A stretch of 64,000 nt of DNA from Thermoplasmata archaeon (GTDB lineage Archaea; Thermoplasmatota; Thermoplasmata; Lutacidiplasmatales; UBA184). The stretch spans positions 32,001-96,000 of the forward strand of contig JAGWLG010000008.1 in NCBI GenBank assembly GCA_028864975.1, read 5' to 3'. The position numbers and the translations under genes were made by a program. The notes under the pieces are model-generated. The model made no database searches. It had not been told where the DNA came from and saw nothing but the letters and a program-made list of their open reading frames with translations. Below are positions 1 through 8,604 of this stretch, one piece after another; positions within the stretch are counted from its first letter, which is position 1; each line of letters begins with the position of its first letter.

Positions 1-470
1 GCTCGCCTTTCGGCGAGGGACCGACCGGAGAACCTGGGTGGACCTTCGACCCTCGGAGGTATGTCCACCTCCGAGCGCCGGGTCTCTTCCCGTTCGCTCC
101 GCCGCCCACGTTCGATGTACTTCGGCGGGGCGCGCCCCGCACCCCCGGAAGGGTGGGAACGCGGTCCCCCGCCGAGCGGCGCGCCCTCACGGGAGCGCCG
201 CTTCAGCCTGCTCCCCGTAGGGAGCGGACCCAGACCTGGGCGGGGACGGACCCCGCCGCGCCGAGGAGGGACGGCCCCTCGGCGCGCTCGGCCTGACGCC
301 GGACACGGCGTACCGAGGGCAGGGCGTGGCGGCTACTTAAGGGTAGTAGAACTGTTCTATCACCCCCTGCAAAGTGGGTTGCGCCCGGTGCAACCGTCGC
401 CGTTCCCGGCCCGTCGGGACAGGCTGAGGGTCGGACCGAAGCCCCCGGAAGAGCCGGAGGGGGTTCTACG
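1..470. ncRNA. Hairpin-dense non-coding region (candidate structured RNA or origin/terminus)
   Basis: Ten short perfect stems: 2-7/12-17, 52-60/67-75, 176-182/195-201, 210-215/220-225, 239-245/251-257, 258-266/277-285, 296-300/307-311, 333-337/345-349, 347-352/354-359, 377-382/390-395. No credible ORF. Confidence 0.35.
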
Positions 471-530
471 CGACGCACCGAGAAGGACGGTCAAGACCCC
501 CCAGGGTTTGCGCCCCGACCGCCACCCGCG

Positions 531-556
531 TATATAGACGGGAGGTGAAAGTTTCG
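531..556. promoter_or_regulatory. TATA box with adjacent GTGAAAGTTTCG operator-like motif
   Basis: TATATA at 531-536. The motif at 545-556 resembles GTGAAAGTGTCG at 16898. Confidence 0.45.
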
Positions 557-873
557 GGGGCGCAAAGGGTCGGTCCGAACCGGCGCGCTTCGACGGCCCC
601 GGAGGGAGGTGGAGGAGCCCTACCCACCAGCGTTCCGAGGTGCGCGCAAACCCGGACCGGCAAAAATGTCCCCGAGAGCCCGTCACACGGGGGACGTGGG
701 CCTAGATACGTGGGGGGGTCGGCCATACCCCCCATTTCCCCTGCGACGGCCCTTCCGGGCCCTGCTACGCCGCTCCCGGGACCGCGTACGAACCCGCGCC
801 GGAGATGCTCCCGGGCCCGCGGTGCGCGCTCTCCGAAGGTCCTAAGAGCCCGGGTGCTCCTCTCCCTTTGTCC

Positions 874-1329
874 ATGCCCGGCGTCTCCTGTGGCACCGCG
901 CAGTTGAACCTCAGCGGTTCCTTCCGCACCCTGCGCTCTCATACCAAGGACGATAAGCTGGAACACGGCTTCTTCGTCTTCCAACTCGGACAGTTGCTCG
1001 AACCAGGCGACGAGGTGTCAGGAACCCGCAACGGCATCGACGTGCTCGAACCCACCGACCGCCGGCCGGTCGGCATCGTGCACACGCATCCCGGGGGAAA
1101 CCCCAAGCCCAGCCGGCAGGACGTCCAGGTCTACACCGATTTCCAGTTGGACTTCGGCTGCATCGTCACGGCGGAGTCCAACTGCTGTGACTTCCTCCAC
1201 ATGACGGACCCGGAACGGAAGGAGTTGGCCGCTGTTATCGGGAAGACCCGGAGCTACGCGGAGGCCGAACGCATTCTCGACGACTACCGCCGCCGGGGGA
1301 AAATCTCCCGGTGCTGCACTCCAGCGTAG
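874..1329 (+). CDS. JAB/MPN+ family metalloprotease-like protein
   Basis: Glu in EHGF plus HTHPGGNPKPSRQD gives the E...HxH-x7-S-x2-D JAMM motif. Confidence 0.8.
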   Translation: MPGVSCGTAQLNLSGSFRTLRSHTKDDKLEHGFFVFQLGQLLEPGDEVSGTRNGIDVLEPTDRRPVGIVHTHPGGNPKPSRQDVQVYTDFQLDFGCIVTAESNCCDFLHMTDPERKELAAVIGKTRSYAEAERILDDYRRRGKISRCCTPA

Positions 1330-1400
1330 GAGCAAACGTGGCCGCCGCTCGCGCTCCCGCCACACCTCCCCCCGAACCTGACGAGGGGAACCCGGTCGCC

Positions 1401-1640
1401 ATGGCCGTGGTCAGGTCGCGCTACTTGAGCAACATCCGGAGCGAGGGCGCCGCGGAGAGGTTCTACAAGTCCCTCCTTAAGGCCGGGTTCCCGGAAGCGA
1501 CCGCGGAGAGAACCGTCACGAACTGGGTCGAGAGGTTCGCGGAAGACGGAGAACCTATCTCCGGAACGTACGGGAAGAACTACGCCGCGGTCTTCACGGA
1601 CCGCCCACTGGAGCGGAAGGTCCCGCGACGTCACCGGTAG
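1401..1640 (+). CDS. Hypothetical small helical protein
   Basis: ATG at 1401, coding-like composition. LLKAGFPEATA resembles the GYTPxEA helices in ORF 18995. Confidence 0.55.
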   Translation: MAVVRSRYLSNIRSEGAAERFYKSLLKAGFPEATAERTVTNWVERFAEDGEPISGTYGKNYAAVFTDRPLERKVPRRHR

Positions 1641-1648
1641 GCTGTAGC

Positions 1649-2269
1649 CTACGCCTTCGGCGGAGCGACCAACCGGGTCTGGGTCGTCCTAGCAACCCCC
1701 GCGCCGTCCGGCGGAGGTCTCCGTGTGGTGGTCGGTGTGCTCGTGGATGCCCCGCTACCAGCAAGAACCTCGCGGATGAGTCCCCGGTGTTCGCTGAACA
1801 GCCTCCTCAACAGTGAGATGTCCCCTTGAATTACCATCTCGCCGGAGTCGAAGTACACGATGTCCCACGCCCAGGCCTCGTCGATGTCTACCTCCTCCTT
1901 CAGAATCGCCATCGCGTTCCCGAGCGTCGTCCAACCCGTCGTGGTGACCGTGAGCCCCTCCTTCTGAATCTCGTCGGCGCTGAGCATCCGGATGCGCCCC
2001 CCCACCGTCGTGAGAAAGAGTTCCGCCACCTTCTGACCGCGGCGCAGGTGCACACCGGTCGTGATGAGCGCCCCGTTCAAGTTGTAGGGTTCCACGAACC
2101 GCAGGTTGACCACCGGTGGCGTCTCGTACTCCTGGAGCGATAGCTTCTGCCGGACCTCTTCCACCGGCACCCGCTTGTTCACCCGCCGCGCGATTCGGTT
2201 CAGAATCGCCTGCACCGCAATCGCCTGGACGCTCTGCTTCGCCTTCCCCAGATACTCCTTGAGCCCCAT
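1649..2269 (-). CDS. SCP2 sterol/lipid-carrier-like domain protein
   Basis: True start is MGLKEYLGK (ATG at 2269). ILKEEVDIDEAWAWDIVYFDSGEMVIQGDISLLRRL matches the C-terminal SCP2 pattern (G-x-x-x-I-x-G-D). Confidence 0.5.
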   Translation of the reverse strand: MGLKEYLGKAKQSVQAIAVQAILNRIARRVNKRVPVEEVRQKLSLQEYETPPVVNLRFVEPYNLNGALITTGVHLRRGQKVAELFLTTVGGRIRMLSADEIQKEGLTVTTTGWTTLGNAMAILKEEVDIDEAWAWDIVYFDSGEMVIQGDISLLRRLFSEHRGLIREVLAGSGASTSTPTTTRRPPPDGAGVARTTQTRLVAPPKA

Positions 2270-2280
2270 CGTTCGCCCCC

Positions 2281-3006
2281 CTACTGCTCCGCGAGCAGCC
2301 TCTCCGCGAGCCGGTCCAATACACTCGATTCGATGGTGAGCCCCTTCGACCGGTCCTGCCAGGGGACCTTGCCCAGGAAAGGAACCCCGTAGGCCGCGGC
2401 GACGTTCCCAGCGACGTCGTCGTTCCCGAACATGAAGTCGTCGTAGCCGCAGTGGGGACACTTCCTGAAGGCCATGTTCTCCAGCACGCCCACGATGGGA
2501 ACCTCCCTCGCCTGGAAAAGGCGCACGACCTTCTTCGCGTCGAGTTGGGCCACCGGGTCCGGCGTGCTGACGATGACAGCGCCCACCACCTCGTAGGTGT
2601 TCGCCAGCGCCATCATCTGCTCGGAGATTCCGGCTGGACAATCGACCACCAGGAAGTCCGTGTCCCCCCACTCTACGTTGCCGATGAACTCGTGGAGCAT
2701 CTGGGCCTTCTTCTCGCCGCCCCAGGCCGCGCCGATGTCGCTCCTCTTGACCATGGCGCTCGTCGAGATGACGCGCATCCCTTCGATAACGAGGGGGACC
2801 ATCTGGTGATTGGGCGCTGGAGGGCCGAGCTTCATCCCCTCGGCGCCAAGTTGCTGGAGAACATCTGGGCCGTCGAAATCTGCATCGCAGACCCCGACCC
2901 TCGTTCGCCAGGACAACCTCTTGGCGATGTTCAGCGAAATCCGAGTCTTTCCAACGCCGCCTTTCCCGGCACACAGCATGACCACGCGCACGGCTACCTT
3001 CCCCAC
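2281..3006 (-). CDS. mrp: Mrp/NBP35/ApbC family P-loop ATPase (Fe-S cluster carrier)
   Basis: GKGGVGKT Walker A, DADFDGP, VVDCPAG, ENM and C-terminal CPHC. Confidence 0.9.
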   Translation of the reverse strand: MGKVAVRVVMLCAGKGGVGKTRISLNIAKRLSWRTRVGVCDADFDGPDVLQQLGAEGMKLGPPAPNHQMVPLVIEGMRVISTSAMVKRSDIGAAWGGEKKAQMLHEFIGNVEWGDTDFLVVDCPAGISEQMMALANTYEVVGAVIVSTPDPVAQLDAKKVVRLFQAREVPIVGVLENMAFRKCPHCGYDDFMFGNDDVAGNVAAAYGVPFLGKVPWQDRSKGLTIESSVLDRLAERLLAEQ

Positions 3007-3041
3007 CGGGCGGAGGATGGGGTGATAGAAAAGAACTACGT

Positions 3042-3584
3042 TCAGGCCTTGGCGCGCGCTCGGCCCGTCGCCATCGACCCGAACACCGCGTTGAAGTCTC
3101 TCTGGTTGAACGGGTCCGCGGGCGGAGCGAACTCCTTCGCCATCTCGACCAGCAGGTCAGGGACCTCGGGCTTCGCCGACTCCTCCGCTAGCCCGGCGAC
3201 CGGCTTCCCAATCTCCGACATCATATCCTCCCAACCGGTCTCGCAGGCGAGGCACGTCGCGTGACGGGGAACTCCCGGCTGCGGGGCTGGGCATGGCCGC
3301 GGCGTCTTCTTCATGTGGGTGTCCACCGCGCCCTTGAACCGGCACATGTACGCGTACATATCGTCGGTCGTCGGGTCGAACGGGTGCTCGTCCATCCACT
3401 GCGCGCCGTGCCGCCCACAGCCCTTGCAGTAGTAGATTCGCTGGAGCGAGTCGTGGACGTACTGCCAGAGTTCCCGCTGGGACTTCGCGTCGGCGGGTGC
3501 GTAGTCGGCGAGGGTGAAGAAGTAGGGCCAGGTGGCGCGACCGAGCGCCGCGCGCATGTCCTCGACGCTCTGGTTGTCCGGCAT
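3042..3584 (-). CDS. Divergent ERV1/ALR-family sulfhydryl oxidase
   Basis: LGRATW...TLA followed by YYCKGCGRH (CxxC) and a helical C-terminal half. The canonical HNxVN is diverged to KGAVD. Confidence 0.65.
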   Translation of the reverse strand: MPDNQSVEDMRAALGRATWPYFFTLADYAPADAKSQRELWQYVHDSLQRIYYCKGCGRHGAQWMDEHPFDPTTDDMYAYMCRFKGAVDTHMKKTPRPCPAPQPGVPRHATCLACETGWEDMMSEIGKPVAGLAEESAKPEVPDLLVEMAKEFAPPADPFNQRDFNAVFGSMATGRARAKA

Positions 3585-3585
3585 C

Positions 3586-3780
3586 TCAGAACTTCACCGT
3601 GCCCTTCCCGCCGCAGTTCGGGCAACGCGCGGGGCACCGAATCCAGACCTTCGGGTCCACGATGGACGGGCTCGACCCACCGTCGTTGATGAGACCCAGC
3701 CCGACACACCACGGACACCGGTGGTCGTCCGCTGTCCTCCCCGCGGGAATCCCCGGCACGACCCGGTCAACGTTGAGCAC
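3586..3780 (-). CDS. Small DnaJ-type CxxCxGxG zinc-finger protein
   Basis: CPWCVGLG and CPNCGGKG. GTG start at 3780; its stop abuts the ERV start. Confidence 0.65.
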   Translation of the reverse strand: MLNVDRVVPGIPAGRTADDHRCPWCVGLGLINDGGSSPSIVDPKVWIRCPARCPNCGGKGTVKF

Positions 3781-3813
3781 GGTCTTAAGTATTGCCCCGA
3801 CATCGACCGGACG

Positions 3814-4089
3814 ATGCCCGAGTCCCCAGGGGAAGGGGAGAACCCCGTTTGCCGAACACTCGAAGAGTGCGCCGAGCGCAAGGCGCACCTGTTCTGCGAG
3901 TACTTGGACCAGGAGGAGCCGGCCCAGTGCCTCACGCTCCTGGAGAAGCTCCGCGACCACTCCTCCAGACCGGACCAGGTGAACGAGGAACTGGTGAAGC
4001 TCTACGGGGCGGACCAGGTGAAGGAGGCGAAGCACGCGGTCGCCGAGAAGCTCCGGAGTGAGCACGCCCCGAAGGCTCCCGCGTCGTAG
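3814..4089 (+). CDS. Hypothetical Cys-containing helical protein
   Basis: ATG at 3814, downstream of the divergent CTTAAGTA promoter-like site. Confidence 0.6.
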   Translation: MPESPGEGENPVCRTLEECAERKAHLFCEYLDQEEPAQCLTLLEKLRDHSSRPDQVNEELVKLYGADQVKEAKHAVAEKLRSEHAPKAPAS

Positions 4090-4092
4090 GCG

Positions 4093-4473
4093 ATGTCGAA
4101 CCTGCGCACGAAGCGCGTCGAGGTCCGCCTCTCCGAGGATGAGGACGGAGCACTCGACCGCCTTGCGCAACGGTGGCGCTGTGACCGTGCGGAAGCCATT
4201 CGACGCGCCTTCATCTCCTTCGACACGAACGGCTCCCACATCGTTTCTGTTCCTCTCGATGCGTACGACCTCGGCGTGGCTTCGACCCTCGCGCGCCGGT
4301 GGAACGTGGATGAGGGCGGCGCGGTGCGCAAGGCATTCCACGCCTTCAGCGGCCTCATGGAAATGGGTCTCGCTAACGTCATCGACCAGAGGAAGATGGA
4401 CTTCCTCGCTCGCGCCGTGGACGACCCGAGCATCGACGTGCCGCGCAAGCGACAGCCGACCCGCCATCACTGA
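4093..4473 (+). CDS. Tandem ribbon-helix-helix (CopG-like) regulator
   Basis: Two RHH-like units: KRVEVRLSEDEDGALDRLAQRWRCDRAEAIRRAF and HIVSVPLDAYDLGVASTLARRWNVDEGGAVRKAF. Confidence 0.75.
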   Translation: MSNLRTKRVEVRLSEDEDGALDRLAQRWRCDRAEAIRRAFISFDTNGSHIVSVPLDAYDLGVASTLARRWNVDEGGAVRKAFHAFSGLMEMGLANVIDQRKMDFLARAVDDPSIDVPRKRQPTRHH

Positions 4474-4572
4474 CGGACATCACCTCGAAGGGCGGTTGTA
4501 CGGCGCTACGCTCTCAGCGCCGTACGTCCCGCTATATCCCCACCCCTGTTCTCCCACTTCGAGGTCACAACG

Positions 4573-4905
4573 ATGTGTCCCATGCCCCAACACCTGGAGA
4601 GCAAGTACCAGAGGAACGCCGCCGCAGCCGCCCCGACCTGGAAGGCTGATGTCGCCGCCGCAGAGGCCAGTGGTGCCTACTGCGCGGGGATTCAGGCCCT
4701 CCTGGGAGAGGCCGTGCCCGAGTGCCAGTCCCTGCGACAGGGGAACTGGGCCTCCGGGCTCGACTCCGTCAGCGCCGCCGAGTGGGGAGCGTCCGTCTCC
4801 GCCGCCGGCGACCGCTGGGGCTCCGGCTACGCCGCCGCCTTCACGGGCGGCGCGAAGGCCCCCCGCGCGATGCCCCGCAAGGCGCGCGCCCGCGAAGAGT
4901 ACTAG
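4573..4905 (+). CDS. Ala/Trp-rich helical protein, candidate nucleocapsid or major virion protein
   Basis: Has its own CTATAT box (~4532), a downstream pyrimidine tract, periodic Trp residues and a basic C-terminal tail. Confidence 0.4.
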   Translation: MCPMPQHLESKYQRNAAAAAPTWKADVAAAEASGAYCAGIQALLGEAVPECQSLRQGNWASGLDSVSAAEWGASVSAAGDRWGSGYAAAFTGGAKAPRAMPRKARAREEY

Positions 4906-4995
4906 GTACTCTCGCTCTCTCGCCCCCGCCGGGTCGAGGACTTCCCCCCTCGGCCCGGCACAACCCTTTTCCTCTTGTTCTCCTACCTCCTCTCG

Positions 4996-5436
4996 ATGGG
5001 TGGTAGTCCGTTCCGACTGAAGGGTGTCTCCGTCGCGTCGGTCTCTTCCTCGAATGGGGCGACCCCATCTACGTCTCCCGGCACCCTCTCAACCGAACAG
5101 CGGATGCACTACCTCTTCGAGTCGTTGCGCGACGTGGACGCGACCGCCAAGGACCTCAGCCGTCAGTTCGCCGGCGCTTCCCCTGCAACCCGCCTTCTCA
5201 TCCTCTCCAAGCTCTCCGGGCTCACGTCTACGCTCCAGGGGCTCACCGAGTCCATCGACGAGTTGACCGCGACCCTGGCGCGGAGCAACGGCATCGTTGG
5301 ACTGCTCGGGGTTGCGATGCAGAGCCGCGGCGACGCTGAGAACCTCCTCGCCGGCATCCGCCAGCACCTCGAATCCCTCAGCGCGACCGTGAAGCAGGTC
5401 GTGGCCGAGGCGAAGCGGCAGGGCGCGGTGCTCTAG
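4996..5436 (+). CDS. Hypothetical coiled-coil/helical-bundle protein
   Basis: Heptad-like Leu pattern, ATG at 4996. Confidence 0.6.
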   Translation: MGGSPFRLKGVSVASVSSSNGATPSTSPGTLSTEQRMHYLFESLRDVDATAKDLSRQFAGASPATRLLILSKLSGLTSTLQGLTESIDELTATLARSNGIVGLLGVAMQSRGDAENLLAGIRQHLESLSATVKQVVAEAKRQGAVL

Positions 5437-5445
5437 GGACCCACT

Positions 5446-6372
5446 TCAGGGTGGGTTCTGTAGGGCTCGCAGCAGCCCCTCGACCGCGGTCAAGATGTTG
5501 GTGAAGCTCCCGACCCCGAGTAAGTGGAGCAACGTGGGCAGACCCAGCAACAGCGCTAGGACCGCGTAGGTCCCGTAGAAGCCCCTGGACCAGAGCTTCT
5601 CCCCCTTCCACTTGAACGCTCCTCCGATGGCGACGAACATCGGGACGACATAGAGCAGGAGCCAAGGGTTCCCGGTGTAGAGCCGCCACATCAGCATGAC
5701 GACCAGAGGCCATACCACACCGATGAGCGTGATGAACCGGGCGACCTCGCTGCCCCACCGGGTAGCTACGGTCTCGACTCCCGCGGCCATGTCCCCGGCC
5801 TGGTCGTCGATGTCCTTCGCGGTGTTGCCGAGGGTCACGAATGGAACTGTGATGGCGAGAACGGTCCAGAGCCCCGGCGAGAAGAAGCTCCCGTACACGA
5901 CCCACGCTGCCGCGATGCCGAGACCTCCTCTCGGGACTCCGAGGTTGAGCGCGTTGGGTCCCAGGTACTTCTTCCCATAGGGTGGTCGTGAGTAGACCCA
6001 AGCGAACGTGAGCGTGAGTGCATCCAGGGCAACGAAGATGGACGGCAGGAAGAGCGCGCCGACCACGATGGAGAGCAGCCAGCCGATGACGCCCACGGAC
6101 TGCACGACGCTCGCGTCCAGTTCACCGGATGCGACGGGCCGTGACTTGGTCCTCTCGTTCGTCCGGTCCGCGACCATGTCGATGGGCGAGGTCTCGTTGA
6201 TGAGGTTGCTACAGCCGTTCGCCACGACCAGCAAGCTCCCGGCGAGGAGGATGTGCAGCCACTGGTCCAGGTCCGGACCGTGACCGAGGCCCATCAGCGA
6301 GAAAACGACCGCCAGGACCAGCACCGGGAAGAGAGTGACCGGTCGGAAGAGCCGCAGCCAGGGACCTGGCAT
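5446..6372 (-). CDS. UbiA-family prenyltransferase 1 (DGGGP synthase-like)
   Basis: Multi-TM. Motifs NLINETSPIDMVAD...RPVASG and KDIDDQAGD...GVETV. ATG overlaps the upstream TAA (TAATG). Confidence 0.85.
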   Translation of the reverse strand: MPGPWLRLFRPVTLFPVLVLAVVFSLMGLGHGPDLDQWLHILLAGSLLVVANGCSNLINETSPIDMVADRTNERTKSRPVASGELDASVVQSVGVIGWLLSIVVGALFLPSIFVALDALTLTFAWVYSRPPYGKKYLGPNALNLGVPRGGLGIAAAWVVYGSFFSPGLWTVLAITVPFVTLGNTAKDIDDQAGDMAAGVETVATRWGSEVARFITLIGVVWPLVVMLMWRLYTGNPWLLLYVVPMFVAIGGAFKWKGEKLWSRGFYGTYAVLALLLGLPTLLHLLGVGSFTNILTAVEGLLRALQNPP

Positions 6373-7370
6373 TAGACCCCCGGCGCGAAGCTGCTCTTGC
6401 TCGTGCCCTTCTGTACGTAGAGGGACCGGTTGAATCCCACGAACCAGACGACCGGCGCTATAATGAGATAGAGGAAGAACCAGATGGGCATGGACCAGAA
6501 CAGCGCGATGGGTAGGAGCAGATAACTGGCCGCCTCTCCCAATCCGAGGAGCCTCATCCCCTTCGGACGGTTGTACGGCCCGCTCCGGAAGAGCTTCGCT
6601 TCGTACCCTCCGAACACGAGCACCGCGAGCAGAACTGTCACCCACCACCACCATGTCCACTCCCGGAGGAACAGCGAAATCGTCAGCACCTTAAGTGCGA
6701 CGAGGAATGTGATGAGCAGGCCGACGTCCGTGGATGTCGTCATCCGGCCCTTCTCCACTTTGCTCCCGAGCGCACGGAGCAGATTCCGTTCGTGCCCGGC
6801 CTCAAGCTCCTTCCACTCGCCGCCCCCCCATATTTGAGCTAGAACGTAACTGGTTACGAATAGGAATAGCGGCCACACTACGACACCATTCCACACTGCC
6901 GTTACAGCAAATGCGAGGAAACCGTAGCTCAACGCTATGGAAAGACCCGCTGCCAATTTGTTCTCTTTGCCCCGATGGTTATAGTAGAAACCTAGGGCGA
7001 TGAATAGGAGGAAGGGCAGGAGCGTCCACGTCGTGTGCCTCAACCCCACCAGGTAGACGAACATTGCCACGGAGATGGCCTGGCAGAGTCCGACCGCGAC
7101 CCACGCTTCGCCGAACGTCATGCGTCCTGCGATGAGCGGATGGTCGGCCTTGTCACCGGTCAGCGCGGCCTGTTTCTTGTCATACTCGTAGTCACTGACA
7201 GAGTTCTCCCCGAACGCTCCAAAATGTTCTAGCACCCCGAGCAGCACGAAGTACGGGAGCCAAATCCAGGGCGCTCCGCCGAGCCAACCGGCGAGGGCGA
7301 ACAGACCAACCTCTACCGCGGCGGTCTGGGCCCGGAAGAGGATTCCAAAGTCTCTCACTGAGGTCGGCAC
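6372..7370 (-). CDS. UbiA-family prenyltransferase 2
   Basis: Multi-TM. NSVSDYEYD...HPLIAG is present; the second acidic motif is degenerate (KELEAGHE). Confidence 0.75.
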   Translation of the reverse strand: MPTSVRDFGILFRAQTAAVEVGLFALAGWLGGAPWIWLPYFVLLGVLEHFGAFGENSVSDYEYDKKQAALTGDKADHPLIAGRMTFGEAWVAVGLCQAISVAMFVYLVGLRHTTWTLLPFLLFIALGFYYNHRGKENKLAAGLSIALSYGFLAFAVTAVWNGVVVWPLFLFVTSYVLAQIWGGGEWKELEAGHERNLLRALGSKVEKGRMTTSTDVGLLITFLVALKVLTISLFLREWTWWWWVTVLLAVLVFGGYEAKLFRSGPYNRPKGMRLLGLGEAASYLLLPIALFWSMPIWFFLYLIIAPVVWFVGFNRSLYVQKGTSKSSFAPGV

Positions 7371-8503
7371 AGGACCTCCCGTAGTCGTCGCATACAGTCC
7401 CCCGGGTTTTTCTTCAAGTCGGTCTCCCAGAACCTAATCACACTCCACCCCATGGCCCGTAATTCATTATCCTGCCGCTTGTCCTTGGCCACCACGAACC
7501 GCTGTGTGCTGTTTATTGGTCCGTCAGGGTAGAATCTCGGGTCGCAGTGCCAATACTTGCCGTCTGCGAATAGGGCGACCTTCTGTGCCCTCACAACGTA
7601 GTCAGGTTGACAGACTCCCTCAATTGGGACGTGGTCATCAAATGTCACGTTCATCTGTTCCAGGAGACTGCGTAGAGTCAACTCCGGTATCGCGTCCCTC
7701 TTGGGATACCTTCGACCGATGGCTGCGAGCCGTATCCTTTCCCTCGTCTCAGCCGGGCGCTTGCGCCCCGTATGGTACCTTCTTATGGCCGATTTCACGT
7801 ACTCACTCTTATCCCTGCATTCACGAGAGCAGAACATCTGCGGCAATGTTACACGAACACGAAACGTGCCTCCACAGGTAGGGCATACCTTCGTGGCTAT
7901 GGGTACTCTTCTGTGGAATGGGTCTGCGCCAATCACTCTGAGCCAGCATTCTCGTGAACAATACTTCTTGTCCTTCCTCCATACTTTGTGTTCTTTGCAC
8001 GCTGGGCATTGGCGTGGCGGGTGTGGTACCCTTGGTCCCCTGGAAACATTGGCTCTCCTTCGCTCAGTGAGGAACCGTTCTGGCGATGTACGCCAGAGTC
8101 TCGTCATCTTTCGTGCTTGATTTGGTCTTGGTGCTCGGACCCTCTTCAGCGTCTCAGGCTGACGCGCGAGCCATCTAGCCGCACATAACTGGGAACAGAA
8201 CTTTCTACGGGCGGCCCTACCTGGGTGACCACGGTAGTAGTCCGGTAGAACAATGGATACCCCGCAGTTGACGCACATCTTTGGGGCAGTCGGGGGGAGG
8301 TCCTTCATCCTCTGTCTCGATAGCTCACGTTGATTGAACGTGTTCGCACAGAGGTGTGAGCAGAACACTCGCTGTGTTGGTCCCTCCAGCCTCGTCCCAC
8401 ACTCACGACATACCTTTGGAGGGGTCGGAGGTAGAACTTCCATTGCTGAGGTGGACGTCGCCGCCTCCGGCCCTGTCTCCGATTCAATCGCTGGCGCTGA
8501 CAC
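7355..8503 (-). CDS. Vsr/DUF559-like endonuclease with Zn-finger repeats and NUMOD3-like motif (homing endonuclease-like)
   Basis: Repeated CxxC...FCSxxC, then HTGRKRPAETRERI, and C-terminal PDY...FADGKYWH...D...GWSVIRFWE. GC visibly lower than flanks. Confidence 0.8.
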   Translation of the reverse strand: MSAPAIESETGPEAATSTSAMEVLPPTPPKVCRECGTRLEGPTQRVFCSHLCANTFNQRELSRQRMKDLPPTAPKMCVNCGVSIVLPDYYRGHPGRAARRKFCSQLCAARWLARQPETLKRVRAPRPNQARKMTRLWRTSPERFLTERRRANVSRGPRVPHPPRQCPACKEHKVWRKDKKYCSRECWLRVIGADPFHRRVPIATKVCPTCGGTFRVRVTLPQMFCSRECRDKSEYVKSAIRRYHTGRKRPAETRERIRLAAIGRRYPKRDAIPELTLRSLLEQMNVTFDDHVPIEGVCQPDYVVRAQKVALFADGKYWHCDPRFYPDGPINSTQRFVVAKDKRQDNELRAMGWSVIRFWETDLKKNPGDCMRRLREVLCRPQ

Positions 8504-8556
8504 TACGACGCCACCTCAGCGCAAGGGATAGGGAATTTCTTGCTGATAACGATTCC

Positions 8557-8577
8557 GGACGGGGAGGCTTTGAAAAC
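8557..8577. repeat. Left TSD and terminal inverted repeat
   Basis: GGACGGGGA followed by GGCTTTGAAAAC. Confidence 0.9.
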
Positions 8578-8604
8578 AGTTGACCGGAAACCGCACATCC
8601 GTTC

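Noticed and set aside
140-160. SRP RNA helix 8-like CCC-GGAA-GGG loop
   Set aside because: The conserved flanking SRP54-binding motif (AGCAG side) is absent; RNase P signatures were also not found.
2270-2974. N-terminal extension of the 441 aa ORF 1649-2974
   Set aside because: It overlaps the mrp gene in another frame; the real start is the ATG at 2269.
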